In this document: one piece after another, positions 7,366 to 16,384 of the stretch | Layout: each line of letters opens with the position of its first letter | How positions within the stretch are numbered: position 1 is the first letter of the stretch | From: a virus | Virus record (IMG/VR): IMGVR_UViG_2866649352_000001 | Coordinates: 1 to 59,428 of that record | DNA: 59,428 nt | Direction: 5' to 3' (one strand) | Program-made: the position numbers and the translations under genes | Notes under the pieces: model-generated | What the model saw: only the letters and a program-made list of their open reading frames with translations | Database searches by the model: none | Told to the model about the DNA's origin: nothing

Positions 7366-7647
7366 ATGCTGGACATCGAAGTGAGAGTGAAGGACGGAGC
7401 CGCTTTCCTGGACGAGAAGCGTCCGGGTTGGGCCGATGAGATCGACCTGGAGACGCTCGACGTCGCGGACGGGGACTACTGCGTCCTGGCGCAGCTCTAC
7501 GACGACTACAACACGGGCTACTACGTGCTTGGGCTGGACGACGTCTGGGATAGGCGGGACCTCGGGTTCTCGGCGATCGGGTACGACGAGTATCCCGCGC
7601 TGACGGACGCCTGGCACGCGCTGATCACAGAGCGTCGAGCCGCCTGA
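7366..7647 (+). CDS. Hypothetical protein, paralog family A member 2
   Basis: See 7065..7337. Confidence 0.6.
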   Translation: MLDIEVRVKDGAAFLDEKRPGWADEIDLETLDVADGDYCVLAQLYDDYNTGYYVLGLDDVWDRRDLGFSAIGYDEYPALTDAWHALITERRAA

Positions 7648-7727
7648 GAACGTCGGTAGGGCATCGGGTGCACATCGGTGGATGTGCGCCCTTTTGTTTT
7701 CCCGAAGTTCCGATTGAGAGGAGAGCC

Positions 7728-7907
7728 ATGAACACGGCTGTTGAGGAAGAGGAGCCGGAACCCCTGCACGCTTACCAGGTGACCCCGGAAGACGCCTCCT
7801 TCTTCCGAAAAATGAAAGGCAAGTGGTCATACGGAAACGAGATCGAGGCCGTAACCCTTCCGAGCGGCCGGGTGATCAGCGGGGCCGAGATGAAGAGGTG
7901 GGTGTGA
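7728..7907 (+). CDS. Hypothetical protein (59 aa)
   Basis: ATG after GAGAGGAGAG. Confidence 0.5.
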   Translation: MNTAVEEEEPEPLHAYQVTPEDASFFRKMKGKWSYGNEIEAVTLPSGRVISGAEMKRWV

Positions 7908-8080
7908 TGTTCAAGCTGGAATTCAGGACGGACACGGCAATCTTCAAATCCTCCCCTGTCTTTGAATATTGGAGGATTTTCAACCTGGTAAGGGACCAGG
8001 TTGACGCAGGAGCCCGCGAGGGCACTATCCAGGACACCAACGGCAACACCATCGGCCACTTCGAGATTACGGAGGACTGA
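7907..8080 (+). CDS. Hypothetical protein (57 aa)
   Basis: Coupled start (GTGATG). Confidence 0.45.
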   Translation: MFKLEFRTDTAIFKSSPVFEYWRIFNLVRDQVDAGAREGTIQDTNGNTIGHFEITED

Positions 8081-8319
8081 TGCGGCACTGGACAACGTCT
8101 GACGGTTCGCACGTGTGGGCATGGGAAGACGTTCGAGGCGCGGACTACCGCGCCATCTGGATTCCTGCTAAGGACTCCATAGAGCTGCTCCGTTCCGTCT
8201 CCGCCGGAGCGGGTTGGCCCACGGTCGCGACCGTTTCGGAAGTGTACGACCGTTTCCATGCGAAGCACATCACCGACTCCTGGTACGCGCTCATCTTCCA
8301 CATCGACACAGTGAAATGA
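8080..8319 (+). CDS. Hypothetical protein (79 aa)
   Basis: Coupled start (TGATG). Confidence 0.5.
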   Translation: MRHWTTSDGSHVWAWEDVRGADYRAIWIPAKDSIELLRSVSAGAGWPTVATVSEVYDRFHAKHITDSWYALIFHIDTVK

Positions 8320-8330
8320 GGAGAACTGAC

Positions 8331-8633
8331 ATGGATCTCACCTACGAGGAGCGCGCCAAGGCTGGCGCGGATCTGCTCGACGCGGAGTACCCCAACTGGT
8401 TCGAGGAGATCGACCTCGGAATCCTGAGGCTGGAATCGCCGTGGAACTGCATTTTGTCTCAGGTGTACGACAGCTACAGCCTCGGCATGGACGAGCTGGG
8501 GATCTCAGAGGCGGATGGACAGGCCGCCAATCTCGGGTTCTTCGAGCCGGGGAATGACCCAGAAATCTACATGCTGGGTTACGAGAAGCTCACCGAGGCG
8601 TGGACTGCCGAAATCAACAAGCGGAGGAACTGA
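8331..8633 (+). CDS. Hypothetical protein, paralog family A member 3
   Basis: MDLTYEERAKAGADLLDAEYPNWFEEIDLGILRL...NCILSQVY...LGFF...LTEAWTAEINKRR. Confidence 0.6.
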   Translation: MDLTYEERAKAGADLLDAEYPNWFEEIDLGILRLESPWNCILSQVYDSYSLGMDELGISEADGQAANLGFFEPGNDPEIYMLGYEKLTEAWTAEINKRRN

Positions 8634-8634
8634 C

Positions 8635-8973
8635 ATGACCAAGCCAACCTTTGCGGCCCTGGAGAGCAAGGTGCGCGAACTGGCGAGCGCGAACCCAGAC
8701 TTCGTTTACGACCGTGGCGACTACATCTCGTGCCGCTACAACCCCGATGACTTGCAGCCCGGCTGCTTGTTCGGTCAGGCGTTCATCGCCTTGGGGCACC
8801 CGATTCCGATGCACCTGGACACCAGGCCTATCGACACAGTTCTCAGGATCCTGGCGATCGAGATGACTCCTGAAGAGGAGAGCTGGGCGTGGTACGCCCA
8901 GAAGGGACAGGACCGAGGCAAGCCCTGGGGTGAAGCAGTCAAGAATGCGGATCGCCTGCACCCTCTGAGCTGA
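8635..8973 (+). CDS. Hypothetical protein, paralog family B member 1
   Basis: ...RELASANPDFVYDRGDYISCRYNP...GCLFGQAFIALGHPIP parallels 10624..10968. Confidence 0.6.
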   Translation: MTKPTFAALESKVRELASANPDFVYDRGDYISCRYNPDDLQPGCLFGQAFIALGHPIPMHLDTRPIDTVLRILAIEMTPEEESWAWYAQKGQDRGKPWGEAVKNADRLHPLS

Positions 8974-8989
8974 TTCCCCGATGGACTCT

Positions 8990-9018
8990 GGCACCCGTCC
9001 TCCTTGAGGACGGGTGCC
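8990..9018 (+). terminator. Stem-loop terminator
   Basis: ggcacccgtcc-tccttga-ggacgggtgcc. Confidence 0.6.
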
Positions 9019-9065
9019 GTTGCCTGTCTAGGAGTCAGGTTCATCAAAAGGAGAGGAAGTCAGCA

Positions 9066-9497
9066 ATGGCGAACATCGGGCGACTCGACAAGATCATCGA
9101 CTTGATCACGGCCGAGGAGATCAAGCACGATCAGGGCACATGGACATCCGGCCTCAATGGTGAGGTGAAGCACGGGGAGGAGGGTCAGATTGACGACGAG
9201 CTGAAGTGCGGAACCGCGTGCTGCATCGCGGGTTGGGCCGCCGTCATGTACGCGCCGAAGGGCACGAAGTTCACCGACTACGACGATGTGACCCTGCCGG
9301 ACGGCATCCGCGTGTCGTACCCCTCGTACGGCCGCCAGGTTCTGGACCTGACCTGGGATGAGGCGGATGTCCTCTTCAACGGGGACAACGACCTGGACGA
9401 AATCCAGGAAATGCGAAACGCCCTGGAGGACGGCAGTTTCCATTCGAGGTACCTCGGCTACGAGGACGGAAACGAAGAATGTGAGTGCTGCCGCTGA
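9066..9497 (+). CDS. Hypothetical Cys-rich protein (143 aa)
   Basis: ORF track; KCGTACCIAGWA motif; C-terminal ECECC. Confidence 0.6.
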   Translation: MANIGRLDKIIDLITAEEIKHDQGTWTSGLNGEVKHGEEGQIDDELKCGTACCIAGWAAVMYAPKGTKFTDYDDVTLPDGIRVSYPSYGRQVLDLTWDEADVLFNGDNDLDEIQEMRNALEDGSFHSRYLGYEDGNEECECCR

Positions 9498-9519
9498 TTG
9501 ATGGGCCTCGGATGACTCT

Positions 9520-9546
9520 GGAGCACAGGCCACATGCCTGTGCTCC
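9520..9546 (+). terminator. Stem-loop terminator
   Basis: ggagcacaggc-cacat-gcctgtgctcc. Confidence 0.6.
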
Positions 9547-9599
9547 GGGGCTTTCTTAGGACCGTTCAAGCCTGACACGTCAAACAAAAGGGAGATGAC

Positions 9600-9953
9600 A
9601 TGTCCGCTGCCAAGCCGATGACCATCAGTCGCCGCACTCGGGTCTATCTTGCTCAGAACAACGGTGGTCCGCTCACGCCTCCGCAGCGCAGGCGTTACGA
9701 CAAGAAGAACCGAAAGTGGATGGGCCAGCACACGGCCGAGCTGGAGGCCGTAGCAAGGGGGATAGCCGACAACCACACCAAGAGGCCGGACCTGCCGGTC
9801 GGCCTGGTGCCCTTCGAGGAGATCGCGGAGGAGGTCATCGCTCCGGTGGAGGACTTCCCGGTTGTGGTGCGCCCGTGTGGTGGCACGGACCACTGCGTCA
9901 CCAAGAGCGGCAAGAAGGCCAAGACGACGCACAAGGGATGCGAGGGGTTCTGA
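9600..9953 (+). CDS. Hypothetical protein (117 aa)
   Basis: ATG after AAAGGGAGA. Confidence 0.55.
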   Translation: MSAAKPMTISRRTRVYLAQNNGGPLTPPQRRRYDKKNRKWMGQHTAELEAVARGIADNHTKRPDLPVGLVPFEEIAEEVIAPVEDFPVVVRPCGGTDHCVTKSGKKAKTTHKGCEGF

Positions 9954-10108
9954 TGAAGGAGCTGCTGATCGAGGTCTATTGGGACGGGCATTCCCGGACA
10001 TGGTCTGTCCACGTCCGTCGAACGCTCGATCACGACTGGGAGGAACTCGTCGGCTCGGAGGACGACCTAAGCGACCTCCTGACTGAGGCTCACGACATCG
10101 TGAATTGA
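9953..10108 (+). CDS. Hypothetical protein (51 aa)
   Basis: Coupled start TGATG. Confidence 0.4.
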   Translation: MKELLIEVYWDGHSRTWSVHVRRTLDHDWEELVGSEDDLSDLLTEAHDIVN

Positions 10109-10119
10109 GGGAGGTTCTG

Positions 10120-10389
10120 ATGGAGCTGCATCCGCTTGGAAGGTGGACCACCCTCCCCTGGGGGTGGTCTCGATTCGTCTACAAGGGCGAGCCCTACAGC
10201 GTGCTTCGCAAAAGATACGGCGTCTGGCTCGTTTACCGGGAAGGACGAGACGATGACGATTGGGCGGTGAGGGTCTGGGCCACATTCCCCATGACTGCCT
10301 CACTACGCCATGAGCCGGACCAGCAGTGGTCCACACCCAACGACATCGACGTCACCATGTTCACAGCACTCCAGAGGATAGGGGACTGA
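10120..10389 (+). CDS. Hypothetical protein (89 aa)
   Basis: ATG after GGGAGG. Confidence 0.5.
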   Translation: MELHPLGRWTTLPWGWSRFVYKGEPYSVLRKRYGVWLVYREGRDDDDWAVRVWATFPMTASLRHEPDQQWSTPNDIDVTMFTALQRIGD

Positions 10390-10391
10390 CG

Positions 10392-10562
10392 GTGATCGAT
10401 GACCCCGAGGTGTGGGTGACTCTCGCGACCGCCATGCAGCGTCAGATCCGGGAGCTGAACCGGCTCATTCGAGCCGCTGAGAAAGACGGATACGACTCTG
10501 CCGGCCTGAAAGAGGATCTCGCCCGCGCCAAGCGTGCGCGCGACTACGTCACCGCTGCCTAA
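10392..10562 (+). CDS. Hypothetical protein (56 aa)
   Basis: GTG start; followed by a terminator. Confidence 0.4.
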   Translation: MIDDPEVWVTLATAMQRQIRELNRLIRAAEKDGYDSAGLKEDLARAKRARDYVTAA

Positions 10563-10575
10563 GTAGACGTTCACG

Positions 10576-10601
10576 AGGCCCGCTAGATGGCGGGCCTTTT
10601 T
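10576..10601 (+). terminator. Intrinsic terminator
   Basis: aggcccgc-tagatg-gcgggcct followed by TTTTT. Confidence 0.7.
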
Positions 10602-10623
10602 CATGCCCAGATAGGGAGAGCAG

Positions 10624-10968
10624 ATGACTGAGACGCTGACATTCAAGCAGATCGAGAACGAGGTTCGCCGACTGGCGGCGGAGAATCCCGATTTCGTATA
10701 CGAGTCCTATCACGGATCGTGCTTCTACAACCCCACGGAACGGGCGGGGAAGCAGTACGGGGCGTGCATTTTCGGGCAGGCGTTCACCAATCTCGGGACC
10801 CCCGTGCCCGATGGAATCGACGAGGACTACATCGGGTCCGTTCTTCCGAACATGGGCATTGAGACCACGCTCGACCAGTACGAATGGGCGGGAACGGTGC
10901 AATACCAGCAAGACCAGGGCTGCGCGTGGGCGCTGGCCGTTGCCCTGGCCGACGACGAACGCCGCTGA
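10624..10968 (+). CDS. Hypothetical protein, paralog family B member 2
   Basis: ...RRLAAENPDFVYESYHGSCFYNP...ACIFGQAFTNLGTPVP. Confidence 0.6.
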   Translation: MTETLTFKQIENEVRRLAAENPDFVYESYHGSCFYNPTERAGKQYGACIFGQAFTNLGTPVPDGIDEDYIGSVLPNMGIETTLDQYEWAGTVQYQQDQGCAWALAVALADDERR

Positions 10969-10987
10969 TCTGATCCGATTTGGGAGG

Positions 10988-11012
10988 GGCCACCTCTTCA
11001 AGGTGGCCTTTT
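10988..11012 (+). terminator. Intrinsic terminator
   Basis: ggccacct-cttca-aggtggcc followed by TTTT. Confidence 0.7.
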
Positions 11013-11014
11013 CC

Positions 11015-11368
11015 ATGTCCGATCAAATCACAACCCTACTGTCGAGACAGGAGAGAGAGTTGAGTGAGGACGAGAACGTTGAACTGTTCCAGAGCAAGCG
11101 CCTCATATGGACAGGCATCTTCGCAACCTTCGTGCAGGACCTGATCAACCAGGGTGCTCCCAGCTCGGAGCTGGACAAGCGTGCTCTGGACGCATTGGAC
11201 GGTCTGATCGCGGTCGTGGACAAGAAGCTGCCTGAGGGCTGCTGGTGGGCCGTGGGTTCTTCCGCCATCTGGGGCCCTCCCGGCTCCGTCCTGCCGGACA
11301 TCGACTCTCTCATGGAGGAGCTGATCGCGGATGCCCGCGCAAATTTGGAAGCCCAAGGAGAGGAATGA
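11015..11368 (+). CDS. Hypothetical protein (117 aa)
   Basis: Internal ATG of ORF 10811..11368, directly after the terminator. Confidence 0.5.
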   Translation: MSDQITTLLSRQERELSEDENVELFQSKRLIWTGIFATFVQDLINQGAPSSELDKRALDALDGLIAVVDKKLPEGCWWAVGSSAIWGPPGSVLPDIDSLMEELIADARANLEAQGEE

Positions 11369-11523
11369 GTAGTTACGAGACATACGCCAATGAGGAAGGC
11401 GAAAGCGTCACTCACAGGGTGACACGAGACGGCTTGGTCCTCGAAGCGGATCTCGATGATCCGGAGGACGTTCGCAACATTCCCTACTTCTGGGAACACC
11501 AGTCCCCGGCTGATTACAACTAA
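11365..11523 (+). CDS. Hypothetical protein (52 aa)
   Basis: ATGA-coupled start. Confidence 0.4.
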   Translation: MSSYETYANEEGESVTHRVTRDGLVLEADLDDPEDVRNIPYFWEHQSPADYN

Positions 11524-11571
11524 CAGGAAGGCAGCTCCGCAGGGCTGCCAAGACGATGCCCTCCCGAGGGC

Positions 11572-11844
11572 ATGGAAAGGCACACAATGCTGTTCGAGAA
11601 CGACGTTTACCCGCTCACCGACAACCCGTACAACGGCTTCGCTACGGAGGCTGAGGCCGTATCGAAGGTGGCAGCCAAGTTCGCCCTCGTGATGCGGCTG
11701 CTCACTGGCGACTTCACGTGTGAGGGTTTGATCCACGCTTTCGGTGAGATGGCCATCACCGACCCGGAGCTGGCGATGACCGCTCTGGACAAGGTCGAGG
11801 AGGCTCACCAGGCCGACCCCAGCCGGGGCCTGCTTCAGCGCTGA
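11572..11844 (+). CDS. Hypothetical protein (about 85-90 aa)
   Basis: ORF track; start could instead be ATG 11587. Confidence 0.5.
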   Translation: MERHTMLFENDVYPLTDNPYNGFATEAEAVSKVAAKFALVMRLLTGDFTCEGLIHAFGEMAITDPELAMTALDKVEEAHQADPSRGLLQR

Positions 11845-11931
11845 TGTTCGCCGGATGGGATTGGTTCTTCGCGACCCTGGCCGTCCTCTGGACGGTCGGG
11901 GTCGTGGGGTCCTGGCGTGAATGGAGACAGC

Positions 11932-12117
11932 ATGTTTCGCGGACTAAGCGTCGATGAGCTGTATGAGCTGGCAGGAAGACTTCGCCGTGCGGCTATACGG
12001 GTTCCGGACAGCGATACGAGTGCGGAACTCGCTGAGATTTACGTTGAAGTCCTTGATCACGTCTGGCTGGAGGAGTTCTTCGACGCCCAGGAGCGAGAGT
12101 CCGGATATGTTTTCTGA
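11932..12117 (+). CDS. Hypothetical protein (61 aa)
   Basis: ATG after GGAGA. A 37-aa hydrophobic ORF (11844..11957) overlaps upstream and is unresolved. Confidence 0.45.
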   Translation: MFRGLSVDELYELAGRLRRAAIRVPDSDTSAELAEIYVEVLDHVWLEEFFDAQERESGYVF

Positions 12118-12298
12118 GCTAACCGACGAGGAGCTGTGTGCGCTCGAAGAAATCCTTTACCGAGGCAAGAACCGGGCCCTACCTGTGAACCTCGATGCTC
12201 CGTACGCCATGGATATCTGGGATGACGTTTTCGGGGCCTGGGACGACGCCACTGACGAGATGCGAAGAAGGAACTGGACCCACATAAAACGAGTGTGA
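12107..12298 (+). CDS. Hypothetical acidic protein (63 aa)
   Basis: Tail of ORF 11954..12298, from the ATG at 12107. Confidence 0.45.
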   Translation: MFSELTDEELCALEEILYRGKNRALPVNLDAPYAMDIWDDVFGAWDDATDEMRRRNWTHIKRV

Positions 12299-12312
12299 TG
12301 GGTTTGGTTACG

Positions 12313-12344
12313 GCGAGGCCCCCTTCTTTGGAAGGGGGCCTCGC
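12313..12344 (+). terminator. Stem-loop terminator
   Basis: gcgaggccccctt-ctttgg-aagggggcctcgc. Confidence 0.7.
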
Positions 12345-12378
12345 TATTTCCATGCCTGGACAGTCGAAAGGAGAGCCA

Positions 12379-12498
12379 ATGACTCAGGTCGAGGTGGGGT
12401 TTGGGCTGCTGCTGATCGGGAGCAATGCCCATTTGCTGGCTATCTATCTGCTGCTCCGCGAGAGGCTGCGGAAGGGAGGAGAACGCGATGAAGGGTGA
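12379..12498 (+). CDS. Small membrane protein (39 aa)
   Basis: ATG after AAAGGAGAG; hydrophobic core GFGLLLIGSNAHLLAIYLLL. Confidence 0.4.
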   Translation: MTQVEVGFGLLLIGSNAHLLAIYLLLRERLRKGGERDEG

Positions 12499-12676
12499 TA
12501 AGCCTACGAACTGGTGGATCGTCAAAGACGGGGCCGAAGAGGAGATCGCCGTTGTGTACGGCGAGGACATCGGTGACGCCATCGACGCCGCCATCGATGA
12601 GACCGGACTCATGGGGGGCTTCTACGTCCGCCGGCTCAAGGAAGAGGCGGCGAGGAACCGAGGGCTGATCGCATGA
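12488..12676 (+). CDS. Hypothetical acidic protein (62 aa)
   Basis: Tail of ORF 12425..12676. Confidence 0.45.
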   Translation: MKGDKPTNWWIVKDGAEEEIAVVYGEDIGDAIDAAIDETGLMGGFYVRRLKEEAARNRGLIA

Positions 12677-12864
12677 TCTTCGGTCAGTTCGTGCGGCGGG
12701 TTCTTCCCCTGGACTGCGTCCAGTGTCGGTACTTCAACTCCATCGGCAACAACGGACACATCATCTGCAAGAGGTACTGGAAGTGGTCCAACCACAACAT
12801 CACCTACAGGGAAGCGCGCTTCTGGAAGCGCTGGCATGAGTGCAACAAGGAGGACTTTGAGTAA
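12673..12864 (+). CDS. Hypothetical Cys/Trp-rich protein (63 aa)
   Basis: ATGA-coupled start; CVQC...C...C pattern suggests metal binding. Confidence 0.45.
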   Translation: MIFGQFVRRVLPLDCVQCRYFNSIGNNGHIICKRYWKWSNHNITYREARFWKRWHECNKEDFE

Positions 12865-13028
12865 GCCCGACGAGAAGAAGGTCAAGAAGGCCATCAAGTC
12901 GGAAGCGATCAAGCGGGTTCCGAAGACGGACCCGAAGGCATTGGACAAGATCAAGGACAGGACTAGGGGTAAATGATGGATCCCGAGAAGCCGTTCAAGG
13001 AGCTGGCGAAGCTCATCGAGGAGCAACT

Positions 13029-13238
13029 GTGACGAACCTGGCGCCGTCACGCGCCATGGGCGCGATTGAGACGTATGAGGCCGACAACGCTCACCGCTAC
13101 AGCGGTGAGAGCGAAGCGGTGAAGCTGGCAGACCTGATCGCCGACGTTCTTCTCTTTGCGAAGGCGGAGGGGCTCGACTACGAGTTCATTCTCGACTACG
13201 CGAGGATTGCCTTCGAGGAAGAAGAGGACGAGGTGTGA
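13029..13238 (+). CDS. Hypothetical protein (69 aa)
   Basis: GTG after GAGGAG. Confidence 0.5.
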   Translation: MTNLAPSRAMGAIETYEADNAHRYSGESEAVKLADLIADVLLFAKAEGLDYEFILDYARIAFEEEEDEV

Positions 13239-13486
13239 AGCGTTACGGGCTTCTGGAATGGGGCTCCGATTTTGACCGGGAGCCCGCCATCTTCATTGGC
13301 TTCACCATCTCCGACATTCGTCTTGGGGCGATGGAGCATCTCGAAGCCCTCGGGGACGAGTTCGAAGTTCCGTTCCCCGATGAGCGGGACCCGGTCTGTG
13401 TAAGGCGTTGGTGGCGAGAGATGTGGGAGGCAACTACGTCTCCGATGCTCACCATTTTTTCTGAAGATGAGGTTATCCATGTGTGA
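13235..13486 (+). CDS. Hypothetical protein (83 aa)
   Basis: GTGA-coupled start. Confidence 0.5.
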   Translation: MKRYGLLEWGSDFDREPAIFIGFTISDIRLGAMEHLEALGDEFEVPFPDERDPVCVRRWWREMWEATTSPMLTIFSEDEVIHV

Positions 13487-13550
13487 CGTGGCGCTCTGCG
13501 CCGACGACGAGGTGTTTGTCACGCCATAGTGGCTGACTAGAAAGGGAGAT

Positions 13551-13820
13551 GTGGTGTCCACCTACACGCGCAGTGATGGTAAGAAGATGCTCGGGTTTTT
13601 CCCGATCGAAGCTCAGCTCGTCCAGGAAGCAATCTCCGATGCTGAAGAGAGCCTCCGAGAGGCCCGGAATTACTTCAGTGGCGAAGACACCGTGGTTGAC
13701 AGTCTTGAGGGCGAGCTGCTGAACGCCCTCAAGCATCTAGAGCGGGCCCTACGCGTGGTTGCGATCGTTGACGAGCGCGCCCGGATCGTCAGCGTCGAGC
13801 TAAGTGAAGAGGAGTTCTGA
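13551..13820 (+). CDS. Hypothetical protein (89 aa)
   Basis: GTG after AAAGGGAGA. Confidence 0.5.
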   Translation: MVSTYTRSDGKKMLGFFPIEAQLVQEAISDAEESLREARNYFSGEDTVVDSLEGELLNALKHLERALRVVAIVDERARIVSVELSEEEF

Positions 13821-14074
13821 TGAACACCAACATAAAAATTGCCGCTGTCCTGGTCCTCGTGGCGGTGCTGCTGATCGGCGCTTCCGCCGTGGCATGTAGC
13901 TCGGCCGGCGGATCCGGTGGCGGGGGTGGCATCGAGCTTGAGATCGACACCGATCGGCACAAGACGAAGCGTCCTCGGACGACTAAGGCTCCGCGTGTGA
14001 ACAAACCGACCCACAAGGCCCCGACGACCACGAAGGCGCCCTCTAACAAGGCGCCTGCTTCCACCAAGAAGTAG
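13820..14074 (+). CDS. Lipoprotein with Gly-run and Lys/Thr/Pro-rich tail (84 aa)
   Basis: Signal peptide IAAVLVLVAVLLIGASAVAC with a lipobox. Confidence 0.55.
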   Translation: MNTNIKIAAVLVLVAVLLIGASAVACSSAGGSGGGGGIELEIDTDRHKTKRPRTTKAPRVNKPTHKAPTTTKAPSNKAPASTKK

Positions 14075-14093
14075 CAGGTACTGATTCGGTCTG

Positions 14094-14115
14094 GGCCGGT
14101 CCTTCGGGACCGGCC
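14094..14115 (+). terminator. Stem-loop terminator
   Basis: ggccggtcc-ttcg-ggaccggcc. Confidence 0.6.
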
Positions 14116-14155
14116 TTATCCGTGTCCGTATCCGTGGATTTGGAGGAGAGGAGAT

Positions 14156-15430
14156 ATGGCCGAGAAGAAGACTCCAGTAGTCAGCGAAGTAGCCTTTGAC
14201 AACGTCTTCGGCAAGATGGCCGATGAGCTGGATCCGCACTGCGAAGGCGCAAAGATCGGCGTGATGCTGACTTTGATGTCAGCCTTCAGTGGTTACATCG
14301 GCCCTGATATTCGGGTGAAGATGGGCAGCGGGACCGCGCCCATGTCTATCTGGGCCGTTCTCGTGGGGGAGTCCGGCACAGGCCGGAAGGGCGCCACGGC
14401 TCGGGTAGCGATGCCCATCGTCCGTCGAGCCTTCAACAAGTGGGCGACTACCAGCATCGTTGATGAGGGTGTTCCGGCAACCGCCCTCGGCCTCCTGGCC
14501 GAGCTGGCGGACCGAGACGGGGCTTCCTGCTTCTTCCTGGAGGAAGAGGGAGACGACTTCGTTGGGGCGACCAAGAACAGCCGGAAACTTGGTCCCATGT
14601 TCCGGAAGGTCTGGGACGGCAGCCCGATCGGGCACAAGACAGCGAAGACGAACGTCCGTGTCGATGAGCCTCACATTGGCTTTGTGCTGCACGTCCAGCC
14701 GGACAACTGGGCTGCGATCACTGGCACCCTGAACGCGAGTGGTGGCACGTTCAACCGCTTCTTGCTCGTCTGGGTTGAGCAGTCGAAGACGGTGGACCTC
14801 TACCGGAGCGACGAGGAGGAGGCCGCTTACGCGGCGACTCAGAAGACTCTAGCCGATCGCCTTCGAGAGATGGGAACCCACGCCGCAAACCTCGGTAGGG
14901 ATGACCCGATAGACGTGACTCCGGATGTCGCCCGGCGCATCAAGGAATGGCACCGGCCTAAGTGCGAGGACCTGACCAAGGGCAACAAGGTCCTCGCCAA
15001 CATGTCCGAGAGAGCGCTTGCCTACATGGTTCGGCTCGCTGGCCTGATGGCCGTCGCCGATGGTCGGGACCAAGTCAGCATTGCCGATCTGGACAGCGCC
15101 CTTGCGATCGTCACCTACTCCGTGGATTCCGTTCGATACATCCTGCCGGAAACGGGAGGCGAGAGTCTCCGTCAGAAGATCCTCTACGTACTGGACGAAG
15201 CGCGGAACGAGAACGGCGAACCACAACCCGTTTCTCGGTCACAGTTGTGGGAGGAAATCGGCAAGCACATCAAGGCCGAGACGATAGAGAACGAGGCTGA
15301 GAAGTGCCCCAATATTCGCATGTGGAAGGGCAAATCCACAGGCGGGAGACCCCCTTTGTATATGCAGATCATTGACGACTTCGAGGAAGTCGAAGAGGCA
15401 GAGGAGGATTTGGTTTGCTCCGCTGTCTGA
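14156..15430 (+). CDS. DUF3987-like P-loop protein (helicase/primase-associated class)
   Basis: 424 aa with VLVGESGTGRKGA (Walker A-like); overall resemblance to DUF3987 phage and plasmid proteins. Family call is from memory. Confidence 0.5.
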   Translation: MAEKKTPVVSEVAFDNVFGKMADELDPHCEGAKIGVMLTLMSAFSGYIGPDIRVKMGSGTAPMSIWAVLVGESGTGRKGATARVAMPIVRRAFNKWATTSIVDEGVPATALGLLAELADRDGASCFFLEEEGDDFVGATKNSRKLGPMFRKVWDGSPIGHKTAKTNVRVDEPHIGFVLHVQPDNWAAITGTLNASGGTFNRFLLVWVEQSKTVDLYRSDEEEAAYAATQKTLADRLREMGTHAANLGRDDPIDVTPDVARRIKEWHRPKCEDLTKGNKVLANMSERALAYMVRLAGLMAVADGRDQVSIADLDSALAIVTYSVDSVRYILPETGGESLRQKILYVLDEARNENGEPQPVSRSQLWEEIGKHIKAETIENEAEKCPNIRMWKGKSTGGRPPLYMQIIDDFEEVEEAEEDLVCSAV

Positions 15431-16155
15431 CTCCGAAGTGCCGGACCGAACTCCCGTGGTCGGGTAAGGGCAGGAAGCCGAAGTACTGCCAGGTTCACAA
15501 GGCCACCAACGCCAGGAAGAAGAACACCCAGAGGAAGAGGAGGGTAGACAGACACAAGAAGGGACGGGCGGCGTCGCGCTTCGGCGAGCTGTGGCTAACG
15601 GATGGCAAGCCCATCCGCCGGGAGGCGTCCCAAGTCTGGGGAGCCACGGGTGAGAGCGACGATGACGTTTTCAACCGTTCCGGTGTCTTCCACAAGACAG
15701 GCCCTGACGGGCTCCCAGGGCTCGGACATTCGATTCCCACAACGGATGAGTACGGAGATGTCCGGTGGGCTCTTTCGGAGCTTCAGAGGCTCTCTGAGGG
15801 CCATGTGGAGATGGACGAGAGCGGGCTGATCCCCGAGGGTACCGACCCTCGCCTCCTGGAGGCTCGGGAGTGGCTGAAGGCCAACCCCGGATGGTGGAAG
15901 TTCGAGTCCGACGACGAAGGCCGGCCGAAGGGTTCACCGGCCGACGAGCACACCCACTTTTCGAAGGACATCCGGGAGACCGCCATGGTTCATGGCGGGA
16001 GCTACACCGATTCCCCGGACGAGTCCACGAGGAACGACAGGTGCTCGTTCTGCTGGAGCTGGAACCCGCTGATCGTTTTCGACGAGTTCTGTTCCGCGGA
16101 GTGCGCATTCGACTACATCACAACATTCGGTATGGATGGGAGACGGCATGGCTGA
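15415..16155 (+). CDS. Hypothetical protein with N-terminal zinc-ribbon-like and basic segment
   Basis: CLTPKC...KYCQVHK, then a Lys/Arg-rich stretch; TTG start after GGAGGA. Confidence 0.5.
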   Translation: MLRCLTPKCRTELPWSGKGRKPKYCQVHKATNARKKNTQRKRRVDRHKKGRAASRFGELWLTDGKPIRREASQVWGATGESDDDVFNRSGVFHKTGPDGLPGLGHSIPTTDEYGDVRWALSELQRLSEGHVEMDESGLIPEGTDPRLLEAREWLKANPGWWKFESDDEGRPKGSPADEHTHFSKDIRETAMVHGGSYTDSPDESTRNDRCSFCWSWNPLIVFDEFCSAECAFDYITTFGMDGRRHG

Positions 16156-16384
16156 CAACGCAACGCCCGGTGACTTTTTCGTCGATTGGGGGGACCTGGA
16201 CAACCCTCGGATTCGGCTCAAGGAAGAGGCTCCTCCGGGGAGCTTTGACAGGAGGTATGGCTACACCTTCCCGTGGTGCAAGGCGGTCATCAAAAAGCAC
16301 GCGCAGGAAAGGATAGATCATTGGACCAAGGTGAAGCGGGCCACCCAGGCGCTTCGAGTGAAGGACGTCAAGGGGGACGCCTAA
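16148..16384 (+). CDS. Hypothetical protein (78 aa)
   Basis: ATG after GGGAGA inside ORF 16136..16384. Confidence 0.45.
   Translation: MADNATPGDFFVDWGDLDNPRIRLKEEAPPGSFDRRYGYTFPWCKAVIKKHAQERIDHWTKVKRATQALRVKDVKGDA

Noticed and set aside
11844-11957. A 37-aa hydrophobic ORF (MFAGWDWFFATLAVLWTVGVVGSW...) coupled to the upstream stop, and tiny ORFs at 12857..12975 and 12972..13031.
   Set aside because: They are plausible but too short and too overlapping with neighbouring candidates to support from sequence alone.
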